Shown: positions 1 to 10,996, numbered from the stretch's first letter. The stretch is 55,447 nt of DNA from an uncultured Candidatus Peribacteria bacterium (GCA_964367985.1 CAYIZS010000001.1:1-55447); one strand, 5' to 3'. Made by a program: numbers and translations. The notes: generated by a model not told the origin, from the letters alone.

Positions 1-78
1 ATATCGCAGAGGGAAAAATAATGCCCAAAGATCAGGTAACCTATAAAGTTTGGGAGTTATAAAGTTAAGCTACTCAAT

Positions 79-1098
79 TTAAGCTACATAATAATCTGAT
101 TGATAAAAATTAGCCTGCAAAATAGGAATCCTTTTTTGATACTCTGATAAAAGTACTGGTGACTCGGGGGTTGGCTTTTTAATTCCTGCTCTTTCTCCCA
201 TATAGGGATCCAAAATATACCACTGATGATCCATTTGATTTAAAAAAGCTACTGCTCTGTGTCCATAAATTTTACCTGCAGCAGTATTTGATTGGATACT
301 AAGATCAACAAAATTTGCATCTGGAGCAAATTGAGAATAATAGGCAGGATCTTTGAGTTTTTCTCTATCTTTATTTGTAGATATAAATTTTGAAGAAATA
401 GGTGGAGATTCTACTGCATCTTTTGCATTCCCCCTAGGTACATTAATTCCAAATTTCTGAGCATTTAGAAATGCTGTCTTGGAACATAGAGTGGTGCCTG
501 TATCACTTCTTTCAAAAGGCAATGACTTGATATCTGTCATTTTGAGTGGAAGGTAGCCAATTCTTTCTGAAACTTTTAATTTAGATTCATCCCAGTCAGG
601 ATTTTCTGCTTTTTGAGCGAAAATATACTCCTCCTTATCTTTTTCTACCTGGATATTCATTTGTTCTTCTAGCTGATTATCAGTAATACTAGTGTTTTCT
701 ATAGTTAAAAACTGATTTTTTTCTCTCATTGTTTCTAGGTCTGCTAGAGTTTTGATATTTTCTAATTCTTTTAGATAAAGTTCCAAATCATCAAAAAAAT
801 TCTGAATCTCACTCTCAGGAACTCTAGAAATTTGTAATGATTTTTGCACCAACTTAATTTGAACCTTTTCTTTTAATGTACCCAAAATTCCTCCCTTATA
901 TCTACTTTTGAAGATATTGTACAATAAAGGTTCTCCCAACATATTCATTGATCCTCTTAACTGTGGGGAATATTTCTGCTGTTGCTCAGGAGTTTGTAGC
1001 GCAAAAATTTTATTTAAAAAATCCTCATAAGCTACTTCTGCCACTTCCGTTGGATCCAGTTTTTCTTGAGATTCTCTAGACTCTGAGGAATCAACATC
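79..1098 (-). CDS. hypothetical protein (339 aa) with putative papain-fold Cys-His-Asp hydrolase C-terminal domain
   Basis: Track ORF 79..1044 begins on GTG. The frame stays open to ATG 1096-1098, with TAA stop at 79-81. The C-terminal half has TLCSKTA, then YGHRAVAF, then YILDPY (Cys, His, Asp), the order seen in CHAP/NlpC-type thiol hydrolases. Motif-level call only. Confidence 0.5.
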   Translation of the reverse strand, partial: DVDSSESRESQEKLDPTEVAEVAYEDFLNKIFALQTPEQQQKYSPQLRGSMNMLGEPLLYNIFKSRYKGGILGTLKEKVQIKLVQKSLQISRVPESEIQNFFDDLELYLKELENIKTLADLETMREKNQFLTIENTSITDNQLEEQMNIQVEKDKEEYIFAQKAENPDWDESKLKVSERIGYLPLKMTDIKSLPFERSDTGTTLCSKTAFLNAQKFGINVPRGNAKDAVESPPISSKFISTNKDREKLKDPAYYSQFAPDANFVDLSIQSNTAAGKIYGHRAVAFLNQMDHQWYILDPYMGERAGIKKPTPESPVLLSEYQKRIPILQANFYQSDYYVA

Positions 1099-1202
1099 TG
1101 ATTGAAGAAGTTTCAGTCAGTCTTTGATTAAATCTGTTTTTATAAAATTTTCCATATTTTCTAACAGGTTCATACTACCAGTTTTTTTAGTGATAAAATT
1201 TA

Positions 1203-3176
1203 TTACTTTGGCCACAAAGATCTATTGTGTTCATTTCTCATACTATGCAAATAAGGAATATAATGAGTTTCTATATTTTGATATAATAAAGGATATTTTA
1301 TTTTTAAAGTAGATTCTTTTACTATTTGATATCCATGAAGGTCTGTTCGATTTGTATTTCGTTCCTTTGTATTTATATAAAGTCAAGGATGTTTAAGAGT
1401 TGTTAAATTTCATCTATAGACAAAAGGAGTTTTGTTTTTTCATCTTCATGCATACTCAGACTTTATTTTGTTCGTTAAATTAGCTACTCTCAATCATTCT
1501 TCAACATCAAAACTCAATCACTCTAATCATTCTATTGTGATTTTATTATTTTCATATCTCAATACTGTTGGTCACATATTTCTTTTATAAGATTTAGCAT
1601 AATATTTGTTTGGGTCTTTTGGATCTTGATCTACTTGTAGAAATCTTTCATTTCCTCGTTTATCATAATCACTCTTTACTTCCGTTCCTTCAAGTTCATC
1701 AAGAAGTTTATTTACATATGGTTGTAGAGGATGTTTGTTTGGGTCTTCACGAATCTGATCTCATTGAGTTAATCAAGGTATCCTATTTAAACGAGCTACA
1801 AACATTTCCTTGTTATGAGATTTGTTCAGTGTTGGAGCAGTTTTAGAAACAGTATCTGAAGTATCTAACAAATGCCCTCCTCAAATAGCTCCTAGCCCCA
1901 AAGTTGCTCCCACAGATCATAATGCAGGTCATCAATAGATAAATCACAAAATAGTTGTTAGTGCCATTACTCATCCTCCAGCTATTTTACCCATAGGAAT
2001 TCATTGTGCAGAAAGAAATTCTTTATTTTCTCAATCTGCCAACTCTACTGCTATATCTCCTCATAATCTAGTTGTATTAAATGGGGTATCATTTCTACAT
2101 TTCCCTCTAAAGTTTACTTCACAAAAATTTATAATGTTAGCTGCATGTAAAAGTTCTTTATAATCTTTAAATCTAACTCATTCCATACCCTCTACAGTTC
2201 TATTTTTGATATTAATATTGATTGAAGCTCCATAAGTTTTTAAACTAATAGTATCTTCATTGAGCTGTTCATAGCTAGCATTAGGATTTATTTTAAACGT
2301 TTCTTCCATTATAGATCACGAAATATCTGCTTTAAAGTTTGTGAAAGCATCATCTAGCCCTACTTCAGGCTTATTAATTTTTTCATCTAACCAATTCCCT
2401 ATCAATGGGACTTTATGCACATGATCTTTAAAAGCATAACTAAGTCCTGCACCGACTCATGCTAATCATAGTCATCACATCACTCGTCCCCAATTTCTTT
2501 GTCGCCAATTTTTCTTTTCTCCCTCATTATGTATCACAATTGAAGGTTGAGTTGTTGAGGAATTATTTTGCTGATTAGGATTATTTTTTTGCTCTTTAGC
2601 TAACCTTTTTCTTTCCTTTCTCGCTTTCCATTTTTCTCTGAGAGATTTAATTCCTTTATAAGCTAAAATCCCTAAACCAACTCCCGTCAACCCAAAACCT
2701 GCAGCACGAAGTGAATTTTTTCCTGTCTCTGTCTTCCATTTTTCACCATCTCGAACATCTGTCCATTGATCTTTAACAAAACCTCCAGCTGAAGAAAAAG
2801 CTGCTTTAGTCTTTCACCAAAATCCTTCTGGTTCTGATTCTGTTGTAGTTTTTGAGTTTGTTGTAGTTTTTGAGTTATTACTCTCTTCTATAGTATTTTG
2901 CACCTCTTGATCTAGAGAAGTCAAACTCGTTGTAGTAGTATCTAAGGTAGCAACTTCTTTGGCTATTTTTTCTAATTCTTCACGTTCCTGAGCATCTAGA
3001 GATGCCTCTTGAAGTTTTAACTGAATATCAGCATCTAATTTTTTCTTTGCTGCTTCTATTTCAGACTTTTTTGTTTCCTTTTCCGAATCAACATTTAAAA
3101 CCTTTAGCCCATCTAACTCTAAACGAATGGCATCTGTTTGCTGTTTAAATTGTTCTATAGTATTTGGTTGAGACAT
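1203..3176 (-). CDS. hypothetical membrane protein (657 aa): coiled-coil N-terminus, Thr/Asn-rich linker, Gly-zipper TM segments
   Basis: Track fragments 2814..3206 and 2475..2690 share one frame. A codon-by-codon walk from ATG 3174-3176 to TAA 1203-1205 meets no TAA/TAG but about 26 TGA. Many TGA lie in Gly runs such as GGLGLAGVGAGL (2442-2477) and GGPALGSVGATLGLGAIGGG (1875-1934). A 2-kb open frame in DNA this AT-rich is strong coding evidence. Confidence 0.7.
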
Positions 3177-3340
3177 AACTAAATTTATAACAAATAAAAT
3201 ACTCACCTATAGTATATCCAAAAACAAGAAAAAAAGCAAAAAATTGAACCTTTTTTATACAAAAAAATCCCAGCCTTCTCAAATCAAAGAGATAAAAATA
3301 GACTAGGATTTTTAAATAGCTTTAAACAAAGTAATTATTT

Positions 3341-3544
3341 CTACTCACTCAAGGTTTTATCTTTCGGTTTAAAAATAAAATACACAATCAAAAGTGGGAA
3401 AATCAGAATCTTTTTTAGATTTGGTTTAGTCCAAAAAAGTGCAGGAAAATTTTTGAAAAGATTTTCCATCAGTTGAGAAAACTTATTATTTTCTGGATCC
3501 TGATCAAAAGGATATCTGCCAAAATCTTTGATAAATTCCCACAT
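3341..3544 (-). CDS. small hypothetical membrane protein (67 aa)
   Basis: ATG-to-TAG ORF in the track with a hydrophobic C-terminal stretch (ILIFPLLIVYFIF). It lies on the same strand between tig and the 657-aa gene. Confidence 0.35.
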   Translation of the reverse strand: MWEFIKDFGRYPFDQDPENNKFSQLMENLFKNFPALFWTKPNLKKILIFPLLIVYFIFKPKDKTLSE

Positions 3545-3573
3545 CGTTTGATATACATAAGCAAAATTTGAGA

Positions 3574-4824
3574 CTATTTTTCGTTAGTGCTATCTTTTTT
3601 CGCAGGAGCTTTCTTTTCGGCTTTGGAACTATCAACCAACTTATCATAAAGCTGTTTTTCTACTGCCAAATTTTCTGCATTATCACTTCGATCAATCGTT
3701 ACATCAAGCAGTTCTGCTACTTTATTGAGGATAAAGAATTTTTCTAGACTTTCATTTGCAGCTGTTTTGATATTTTCTGTAAAAGCAGTAGCTTGATCTC
3801 CTAGTTGAGTCATATATTCTTGGACCTTTTCTGCAGATCCAAATCTTTCTTCGAGGTTTTTCATTCTGACTTTAAACTCTTCTTGGATCATTGTTTGAGG
3901 GATTTTTACCTCAATTCCTGCTTTTCTCACTGCTCAAATATAATGTTCTATCGCATGGATCAGTTCGTGTTCATATTTTTGCTTTTCAATCTCAGTTTTT
4001 ACATAAGTTTCCAATTCTGAATAAGTTTTTACTTCTGCATCTTTCCCAAAAAGTTTGGCAATCATCTCATCATTTAGCTCTGGAAGGATCACTTTTTTGA
4101 TATCTTGAATGGTTACTTTGAGGGTTTTGGCATCAGCATGTTTGCTTTGCAAGGTGGCAGGAAGTTTTTTACTTTCATAAGCAAGTTCAATCACTTCTCA
4201 GTTCTTTTTTCCTTCAAAGGTTTTTTTCCAGAAAGGATCTTCCAAAAATTCTGGTTCACCTAAATAAGCGGATCCTTTTTCGAGACTTTCATCCTTTTGA
4301 TCTAAAAATTCTAAACCAAGTTTTGCTATTGTATCTAAAGCATCAATCGCCTCAGCATCTTGGTAATCAGCATAATTTTTTCTAATATTGAGCAGAGAAT
4401 CTTCTAACTCCTTTTTTTCTACTTTGACTGCAATCGGAGCAATTTTTTCTGATTTCCATTTTTCTCCCGCGATAGTCACTTCAGGATAGTAATCTAGAAA
4501 AAAAGTCACCTTGGTAATCTCCCCTGCTTCTTCGGTTTTGAAATTGTAAGGTTCTCAGATAAATTTGAGTTCTGGATTTTCTCCTAAAATTTCTTGGAGT
4601 CCATGGTTTACGAGATCCTCCACAATAGCCATCTCCACATATTTGGGCTCGACCTTTTGTTCTACGATATGGAGAGGTACATTTCCTGGTCTAAATCCAG
4701 GGATTTTCATATCTTCTGCAAAATGTTGGAGCACATGTTCTCTACCATGGGCTTTTTCAGCAGGTCAAAATTCTAGAGTAATTTCATAGTTTGACTGTTC
4801 AGCCAAAGTAAGCGTTTTTTTCAT
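3574..4824 (-). CDS. tig: trigger factor (416 aa)
   Basis: Track fragments 3574..3930, 3934..4194 and 4198..4509, plus unlisted 4510..4824, form one frame joined by TGA at 3934, 4198, 4555 and 4765. The N-terminus MKKTLTLAEQ...KIPGFRPGNVP carries the trigger-factor GFRPGxxP signature. TAG stop at 3574-3576. Confidence 0.85.
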
Positions 4825-4973
4825 TATAAAAAATAAAAGATAAAATCTTGGCTCGAGGATAGCAATATTGACAATAAATTCAAGCGAGATTTGAAAAAAA
4901 ATCTGATTTTAGATTTTTTGGGAGTAAAGCTCGTGCTAGGATTTGGGTGAATAGAACAATTTAGAGCTTTTTT

Positions 4974-5001
4974 TTGCAAAATAAAAAATTCTCATTATAC
5001 T
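4974..5001 (+). promoter_or_regulatory. candidate sigma-70 promoter for the deaminase gene
   Basis: TTGCAA (4974-4979), 16-nt spacer, TATACT (4996-5001), ~40 nt upstream of ATG 5042. Such matches are common in AT-rich DNA. Confidence 0.35.
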
Positions 5002-5041
5002 TACATCAAGAAAAACTTTTATTTAGCATAAATTCTCAAAC

Positions 5042-5560
5042 ATGCCACATAGTAACGGAACGATTAAAGATCATGGTCATCTCAAAGCAGCAGAAATTCA
5101 TGATGATGATTATTTTATGGATATTTGTCGTGTAGTGGGAGAAAAAGGAAGCTGTGATCGTGGAAGAAGTGGCTGTGTAATTGCAAAGGATGGACATATC
5201 ATTTCTACCGGATATGTAGGTGCTCCCAAAGGGAGTCCTACTTGTGATGAGATTGGGCATCAACTACGAACAGTTACTAAAGATAGCGGGGAAACTACCC
5301 ATCATTGTATGAGAAATAGTTGTGCGGAGCTCAATGCAATTGCTAGTGCTTCTCGCCAAGGGGTAAATTTGGAAGGTGCAACACTTTATACCAAAATGAC
5401 TCCTTGCTATATCAGACATTGTGTGCATTTGATTGTAAGTTGTGGAATTTCTAAAGTCGTTTGTGAGAGAAGATACCAAGATACTGAGCTTAGTGAGCAA
5501 GTTTTGAAAAATGCAGGGATAGAGCTCGTCTATCTAGAAAATGGAATTGAAAAATATTAA
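5042..5560 (+). CDS. dCMP (deoxycytidylate) deaminase, ComEB-like, with atypical zinc-ligand motifs
   Basis: 172-aa ORF collinear with ComEB-type deaminases (DDYFM...GSCDRGRSGCVI...GYVG...HHCMRNS-CAELNAI...TPCYIRHC). CAE replaces the usual HAE, and PCx4C replaces PCxxC. Confidence 0.75.
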   Translation: MPHSNGTIKDHGHLKAAEIHDDDYFMDICRVVGEKGSCDRGRSGCVIAKDGHIISTGYVGAPKGSPTCDEIGHQLRTVTKDSGETTHHCMRNSCAELNAIASASRQGVNLEGATLYTKMTPCYIRHCVHLIVSCGISKVVCERRYQDTELSEQVLKNAGIELVYLENGIEKY

Positions 5561-5662
5561 ACTATAGTTTTTAAAAAATAATTTCAAAAAAACTGATCTC
5601 TCTCAAAGGTCAGCTTTTTATTTTTAGAATCATTTATTGGTAAATAAATTATCAGAAAAATT

Positions 5663-7927
5663 CTAGATAAAAATATCTCTAGGTTTTGCTCCATCCTGTG
5701 GACCAATAACTCCCCTTTCTTCCAAAATATCCATAATCCTAGCAGCTCTAGCAAATCCTACATTGAGCTTTCTCTGGAGTAAGGTTGCAGAAGCTTTTCT
5801 CGTTTCCAAAATCACTTGAATTGCTTGATTGACCAAAGCTTCATCATCTCCAGCATCTCCAGATCCTCCCATTCTAGCTGTTTCTAGTTTGGATTCCAAC
5901 GCAGCAATAATCTCTGGATGATAGATATCTTCTTCGCTCAATCCTTCCATATATTTATTTCTCAAATGTGCAACTACACGATCAATTTCATCAGTTGCGA
6001 TGAAAGGAGCTTGCATTCTGATCGGAAATTTGGTACTCGGATCCATATATAATAAATCTCCTTTCCCTACCAAATCCTCTGCCCCTTTACGACCTAAAAT
6101 TGTCCTACTATCAATCTCAGATACTACAGAAAAAGCAATCCTAGTAGGAATATTTGCTTTGATCAGTCCGGTAATCACATTTACAGACGGTCTTTGGGTG
6201 GCGAGAATGAGGTGGATTCCAATTGCTCTAGCTTTAGCAGCAAGACGATTGATGCTATTTTCTACTTCTTTTCTATTTGCAGCACTAGAGAGCATCATAT
6301 CTGCCATCTCATCAATCACAAATACAATACGATACATTTTCTCTGCAGGATTTTTTGCATTATATTCATCAATATTTTTGACTCTCTCATTTTTGAGTAA
6401 AGTATATCTGCTCTCCATCTCATCTACCGTCCATTGGAGCAATTTAATTGCTTTGCCACTCTCATAGACAATAGGAGCTAAAAGATAAGGCAATCCTGAA
6501 TACATAGCTAGTTCAACCTGCTTGGGATCTACCATGAGAAATTTAAGCTCAGAAGGAGTATTTTGATACATCAAAGAAACGATAAAATCATTTACCCCAA
6601 CAGATTTTCCACTTCCTGTAGAACCAGCAATCAACAAATGTGGCATCTTTTCTAATGTTTTAGTTTGAATTGATCCATCAATCCCAATTCCTACAGAAAG
6701 ATTGGTGCTAGATTCTTCCATCGCTTTAGAAAATTGGGAAGTATTGAGGACATCTGGAAGTTTAACTAAGTTTGGACGAGGATTGGGGATTTGTATCCCT
6801 ACTAAATCCGTACCAGGAATCGGAGCAATAATCCTGAGCGATTTTGACTTGAGAGAAAGTTTGATATCATTGGTTAGATTTTCTATCGCAGAGATCCTGA
6901 TTCCTTCTTCTGGTTGGATTTTGATCTGCACAATAGAAGGACCAATATCAAATCCTTTGATCTGAATCGGGACCCCAAACTCTGCCAATTTTGCTTGTAG
7001 AGATTCTGCCTTTTCAATCAAAAATTTTTCATCAATCGTATGTGGATCAGAATTTGGACCCAATAAAGAAGAAGGGAAAGTCGGTTTATCTCCAGCAAAC
7101 TGAATCAGCGGTTTGGGCTTTTTCTCCTCAACCTTTGCATGTACTTTAGCTTTGAAAATTTCTTTGATCAAAGAACCAGAAGCAGATGAAGATCCCGTCT
7201 GGACACTAGTTTTGCTCGGAGCTATATTTTTGACCATCTCTGCCACCGATAGATCGGGTGAAGAAATCGTAATCGTAGGTCTGGATTTTTCTTTTTGTTT
7301 TTTCTGTGGAGCTTTGGCAGTAGATTGGACATTGATCTTGGGAAGTTTTGGTAGACGAACATTGAAAATATAGAGGACATAAGCAACTGAAATCACCAAT
7401 AACAAAACTACCACAATTTTGATTGCCAAAATTGACTCAGCCCCAAAAGCATACTGCAATACTCGCAGTAAAGGTCGAGAAAAATAACCTCCAGCTTTGG
7501 GATACAGTTCTACTGTCTTTTCTAAAATACGAAAATTGAGGATCGCAGAGATCAGCATCATAATTACAAAAAATCGCTTGATCAGAGTTTTCATCAAATA
7601 TCCCTTGATGAGGATAAGGGTTCCAATAATAATCAATAAAAGAAAAAAGGCACTTAGTCCCATCTCGTTTCCAAATGCCACACTAGCGTTGGAATTCAAA
7701 AAATTAAAAATCGGTGAATCCTGAGCTAATGATTTTGAAAAAAAATAGAGCGCCCCAAGGACGATCATCCCTACTCCGATATGATGTTGATTGATCGCAA
7801 CTTTACGAGTCTTTCTGTATCTCCTTTTTCTTGCCAAAATATTTGAGTAATAAATAAAATCCCTATAGTTGAGGTTAGGGATTCTAGCTACACTTTCAAG
7901 GAGAAAGTATATAAATAATCTGACCAA
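5663..7927 (-). CDS. ftsK: DNA translocase FtsK/SpoIIIE
   Basis: 754-aa uninterrupted ORF with N-terminal TM helices, Walker A GSTGSGKS, Walker B VFVIDEMAD and a C-terminal winged-helix gamma domain (LLQRKLNVGFARAARIMDILEERGVIG). The start is uncertain: TTG at 7927, alternative TTG at 7837. No in-frame TGA at all. Confidence 0.9.
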   Translation of the reverse strand: MVRLFIYFLLESVARIPNLNYRDFIYYSNILARKRRYRKTRKVAINQHHIGVGMIVLGALYFFSKSLAQDSPIFNFLNSNASVAFGNEMGLSAFFLLLIIIGTLILIKGYLMKTLIKRFFVIMMLISAILNFRILEKTVELYPKAGGYFSRPLLRVLQYAFGAESILAIKIVVVLLLVISVAYVLYIFNVRLPKLPKINVQSTAKAPQKKQKEKSRPTITISSPDLSVAEMVKNIAPSKTSVQTGSSSASGSLIKEIFKAKVHAKVEEKKPKPLIQFAGDKPTFPSSLLGPNSDPHTIDEKFLIEKAESLQAKLAEFGVPIQIKGFDIGPSIVQIKIQPEEGIRISAIENLTNDIKLSLKSKSLRIIAPIPGTDLVGIQIPNPRPNLVKLPDVLNTSQFSKAMEESSTNLSVGIGIDGSIQTKTLEKMPHLLIAGSTGSGKSVGVNDFIVSLMYQNTPSELKFLMVDPKQVELAMYSGLPYLLAPIVYESGKAIKLLQWTVDEMESRYTLLKNERVKNIDEYNAKNPAEKMYRIVFVIDEMADMMLSSAANRKEVENSINRLAAKARAIGIHLILATQRPSVNVITGLIKANIPTRIAFSVVSEIDSRTILGRKGAEDLVGKGDLLYMDPSTKFPIRMQAPFIATDEIDRVVAHLRNKYMEGLSEEDIYHPEIIAALESKLETARMGGSGDAGDDEALVNQAIQVILETRKASATLLQRKLNVGFARAARIMDILEERGVIGPQDGAKPRDIFI

Positions 7928-8064
7928 GGTAAATACATTAAAAATCGTAAAACTAAAAAATAAAAATCAAAAGTATTCGCAAATTATAGATACCTTAAAT
8001 TCCCTTGATTTTATTAGTTCAATCACTATTGATATAGTAATATTTTTTAGATTTAGATCATCTG

Positions 8065-8379
8065 ATGAATAAGGCTTGTGTAACCTGACTCGATAATATA
8101 AAGGAATTCAGCACACTTCTCCAGTTAATTGCAGATCCTCTGAGACTCAAAATCCTTTGCTTTTTGAATCAGATTCCAGATAATAGAGGTTGTCATGTTA
8201 CTACTTTGACAGAAAAATTCAATAAAGCTCCCAACCTTGTCTCTCATCATCTTAGTATGCTCAAGAGAGAAAACTTAGTCATCTGCACTAAAGAAGGAAC
8301 TAGTAGAAGATATCAACTTAATCTAGAAAAATATCAGATCCTCAAAGATGGGATTAATACCGTCTTTGATGTTAAATAA
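8065..8379 (+). CDS. ArsR/SmtB-family HTH transcriptional regulator (104 aa)
   Basis: Track ORF 8164..8379 is N-terminally truncated. The frame is open from ATG 8065 through TGA 8086-8088, giving LLQLIADPLRLKILCFL...CHVTTLTEKFNKAPNLVSHHLSMLKRENLV, the ArsR-type wHTH pattern. Confidence 0.75.
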
Positions 8380-8432
8380 GCAAAACCAGAAGAACAAATG
8401 TGAAAAAGTTTTTATCTTTAATAAAATATATT

Positions 8433-8792
8433 ATGGCAATTATCAACATTACTCAAAAAGAAGAGTTAGACAAACTACTAGCAGAATTTGGAGGAGTAGT
8501 AATTTTAGATTTTTATGCAGACTGGTGTGGTCCTTGTAAAATGCTTGCTCCAATCTTTACAGAACTTGCTTCTGAATATGATCCATCTGAAGTAAAATTT
8601 GTAAAAATTGACACCGAACAAGCTCAAGAGCTTTCTATGATGTTTGGTATTAGTTCTATCCCTACAGTAGTATATGGAGTAAATCACCAACTTGTAGAAG
8701 GATTCCTTGGACTCAATCAAAAAGAATTCTATCAAGAGAAAATCAAAGAATATCTAGGAAAGGTAGGACAAGAATCAACTCCTACTGAATAA
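8433..8792 (+). CDS. trxA: thioredoxin
   Basis: WCGPC active site (DFYADWCGPCKMLAP), with Trp encoded by TGG. ATG 8433 preferred; the track's GTG 8400 is an alternative start. Confidence 0.85.
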   Translation: MAIINITQKEELDKLLAEFGGVVILDFYADWCGPCKMLAPIFTELASEYDPSEVKFVKIDTEQAQELSMMFGISSIPTVVYGVNHQLVEGFLGLNQKEFYQEKIKEYLGKVGQESTPTE

Positions 8793-8820
8793 CACTCAAA
8801 AATAAAACAATAAAAAAAAG

Positions 8821-8852
8821 ATCAAGGGAAATCAGATTCCTTGATTTTTTTG
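8821..8852 (+). terminator. rho-independent terminator after trxA
   Basis: ATCAAGG...CCTTGAT stem (8821-8845) followed by a T-run. Confidence 0.5.
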
Positions 8853-8921
8853 ATAAGATACGTAACTTTCTCAAACCATTAGCAATTCAATGCCAAAAAC
8901 ATTTTTAGACTTTCAGATACC

Positions 8922-9905
8922 ATGCTCATCTATTTAGAAAAGAAAGTAAAAAACGATCCTATTGCACAGCAGATTATTCAGAAACTCTCAGGCAATCAGA
9001 TTTTGGAAATCGATCACTACAAAAACATTTTTGACAAAAATATCTGAAATCAGTCACTAGCGCCAGCATTTATTATCGCTAAGCAAGAGAAGATTCCTCT
9101 CCTGCCTGTCCCTCCCAACTATGGCTATCCTGGAAAAGCATTTTTTTTCAAAACGAGTCTCAACTGTATCTTCGACTGTGAATACTGCTATCTGAAGGGA
9201 AATTTTAAAACTCAGTATCCAGTGATTTTTGTAAACTATGCTGAGATTCAGCAAGCGATTAGCGATAAAATCCAAGAACTCAGATCTCAAGGATACGAAG
9301 GTCCTATCACTTTTTATGCGAGCAATTATTCTGATGTCCAAGGGATTGATCAGATCAGCCAATTCAATCAGCATTTTTTTCCTTTTTTTGAGCAGTTTGA
9401 TAATGTATTGATGGAAACGAGGACCAAATCTGCAAATATCGACTCGATCCTCCAGGCAAATAATGGCAAAGTAATGAAAAATACAGAAATCGCATTTTCT
9501 CTCAATCCTAGAGAAATCATTCATCGTTATGAAAAAAAAACTGCTCCCCTAGAGCTGAGATTTCAAGCCATCAATCACTTACTACAAAAAGGATATAAAG
9601 TCTGACTGAGATTTTTGCCACTCTTAGCTGTCAAAGACTATCAATCTCTCTATCCTCGTTTTTTGGAGGAAGTGAAAAGGAATATCCCTATAAGTCAGAT
9701 CAATTCAATCTTTATGGCCTCGCTGATTTACAATACAGGAGACTTCAAAACCATGCAAAAGAAAAATCCTGAAAGCAATTTACGAGAAAATTTGGTAGCC
9801 CATCCTAATGGATTGATCAAACTTTCAGATCAGGATTTTCAAAACTTTATCGATATTTTTGAGACAGCATTTCCTCAACAGACAATCTATTTTGATTTTA
9901 TCTAA
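8922..9905 (+). CDS. radical SAM protein, spore-photoproduct-lyase (SplB)-like (327 aa)
   Basis: ATG 8922. Track fragments 9222..9605 and 9615..9905 are in the same frame, joined by TGA at 9045-9047 and 9603-9605. CxxxCxxC cluster motif LNCIFDCEYCYL. Confidence 0.65.
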
Positions 9906-9906
9906 A

Positions 9907-10146
9907 TTATTTTTCTTCCAATTCTTTTAATAACCAATCATCTAACAAAAGGATCAAAATTCCAAAAAGAAGTGATGCAATATAATCAGTAGTAGGATTT
10001 CCAGGGATCCGATAAAGATCCAAGAGTCCCCAAACACTTCTCCAAATCATAATCACTCCTAGTGCAGCAAAAAGAATTTTCAAATTCTTACGGACATAAT
10101 AATGAGCTGCTCTTTTTTTTAAGTTTTTTTTCTTTATTAATGTCAT
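9907..10146 (-). CDS. small hypothetical membrane protein (79 aa)
   Basis: Internal ATG (10144-10146) of track ORF 9907..10212. Two hydrophobic helices (ILFAALGVIMIW, IASLLFGILILLL). TAA stop. Confidence 0.35.
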   Translation of the reverse strand: MTLIKKKNLKKRAAHYYVRKNLKILFAALGVIMIWRSVWGLLDLYRIPGNPTTDYIASLLFGILILLLDDWLLKELEEK

Positions 10147-10183
10147 CGTTAAATAAACATATAAATTCTTTATGTTCAAAGTT

Positions 10184-10996
10184 CTACAATACCTCGCTTC
10201 CTCCTCGTTCAATCACACTAAATCCTGCTCTTTGAAAAGGCTCTATTTTTTGCTCTTCAAGATCAATTGGCGCATCTAAAGCTTTCCAAACCATAAAGAC
10301 TCTCAATATACTATCTGGCTCAGGAGTGATGGTCAAAGGAGCCGTAGCAGTATATTGCTCTCCAGCAAAGTGAATTAAGTTATACTCATTATCCTGCATC
10401 AAAGGAAACCAATACACGATAAACTCATTATATTCTCTAGGAGTTAGACCGATCTCAGAAAGTTTTTCTTGTAAGAATATTTTCGTATCCTCTCCTTTCA
10501 CAACGAATCACTTTGACAAATCCCAATCTGTTTCTTCTCTAGTTTTTCCTTCCCAAAAAAGATAACTATACTCTCTATTATCAGCAATATTCATCAAATC
10601 TCCATCTGGGGAAGCGATCACTTCCCATCATCAGATCTCAGGATCATAATCTGGATAAACCGCAAAAAGATCTCATTGATAATCTAGCTCTACTTTGATC
10701 TGTTGATCAGTTTCTGGGTAAAGGTAAATTACCGGCTTCTTAACTTCTAGTCTTCATCCATTATCATCAAATATATTATATTTATCTTTATAATTTTCCA
10801 AGAATCGACTATCATCTAATATATCATCTCAATCTTTATGATTTTCTAAAAATTGGATATTTAAAAAATTTGGTAGATATCCTACTTTAGTCAACACTGC
10901 CGATCCAATAGCCAATAAAGAGAAACTAGTCACAATAATACCCAATACTTTTCGAGAAAAAATTTTAGGTTTAGTTTTAAAAGTTATCCATTTCAT
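10184..10996 (-). CDS. hypothetical N-terminally anchored protein (270 aa)
   Basis: Track ORF 10184..10501 extends in frame through TGA at 10508, 10628, 10631 and 10673 (and others upstream) to ATG 10994-10996. N-terminal TM/signal segment (VLGIIVTSFSLLAIGSAVL). TAG stop. Confidence 0.6.

Noticed and set aside
1-62. A possible 3' end of a plus-strand gene (…IAEGKIMPKDQVTYKVWEL*, TAA 60-62).
   Set aside because: Only 20 codons are visible and there is no motif, so it cannot be supported as a feature.
4894-4919. A recurrent CTGATTTT(G/A)G hairpin loop, present in terminators at 18562 and 20795 and in the tig/deaminase divergent spacer at 4894-4919.
   Set aside because: The 8-mer is only mildly over-represented for this base composition, and the stems are mostly A-T. 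It is most simply explained by A-run/T-run terminator architecture.
6000-7724. Several 68-155-aa plus-strand ORFs (6000..6467, 6194..6400, 6702..6965, 7113..7373, 7497..7724). Similar antisense ORFs overlap rpoD, the SPFH gene, aspS and lysS.
   Set aside because: All lie antisense within long, motif-supported genes and have low-complexity, Ser/Leu/Ile-rich products typical of shadow ORFs.
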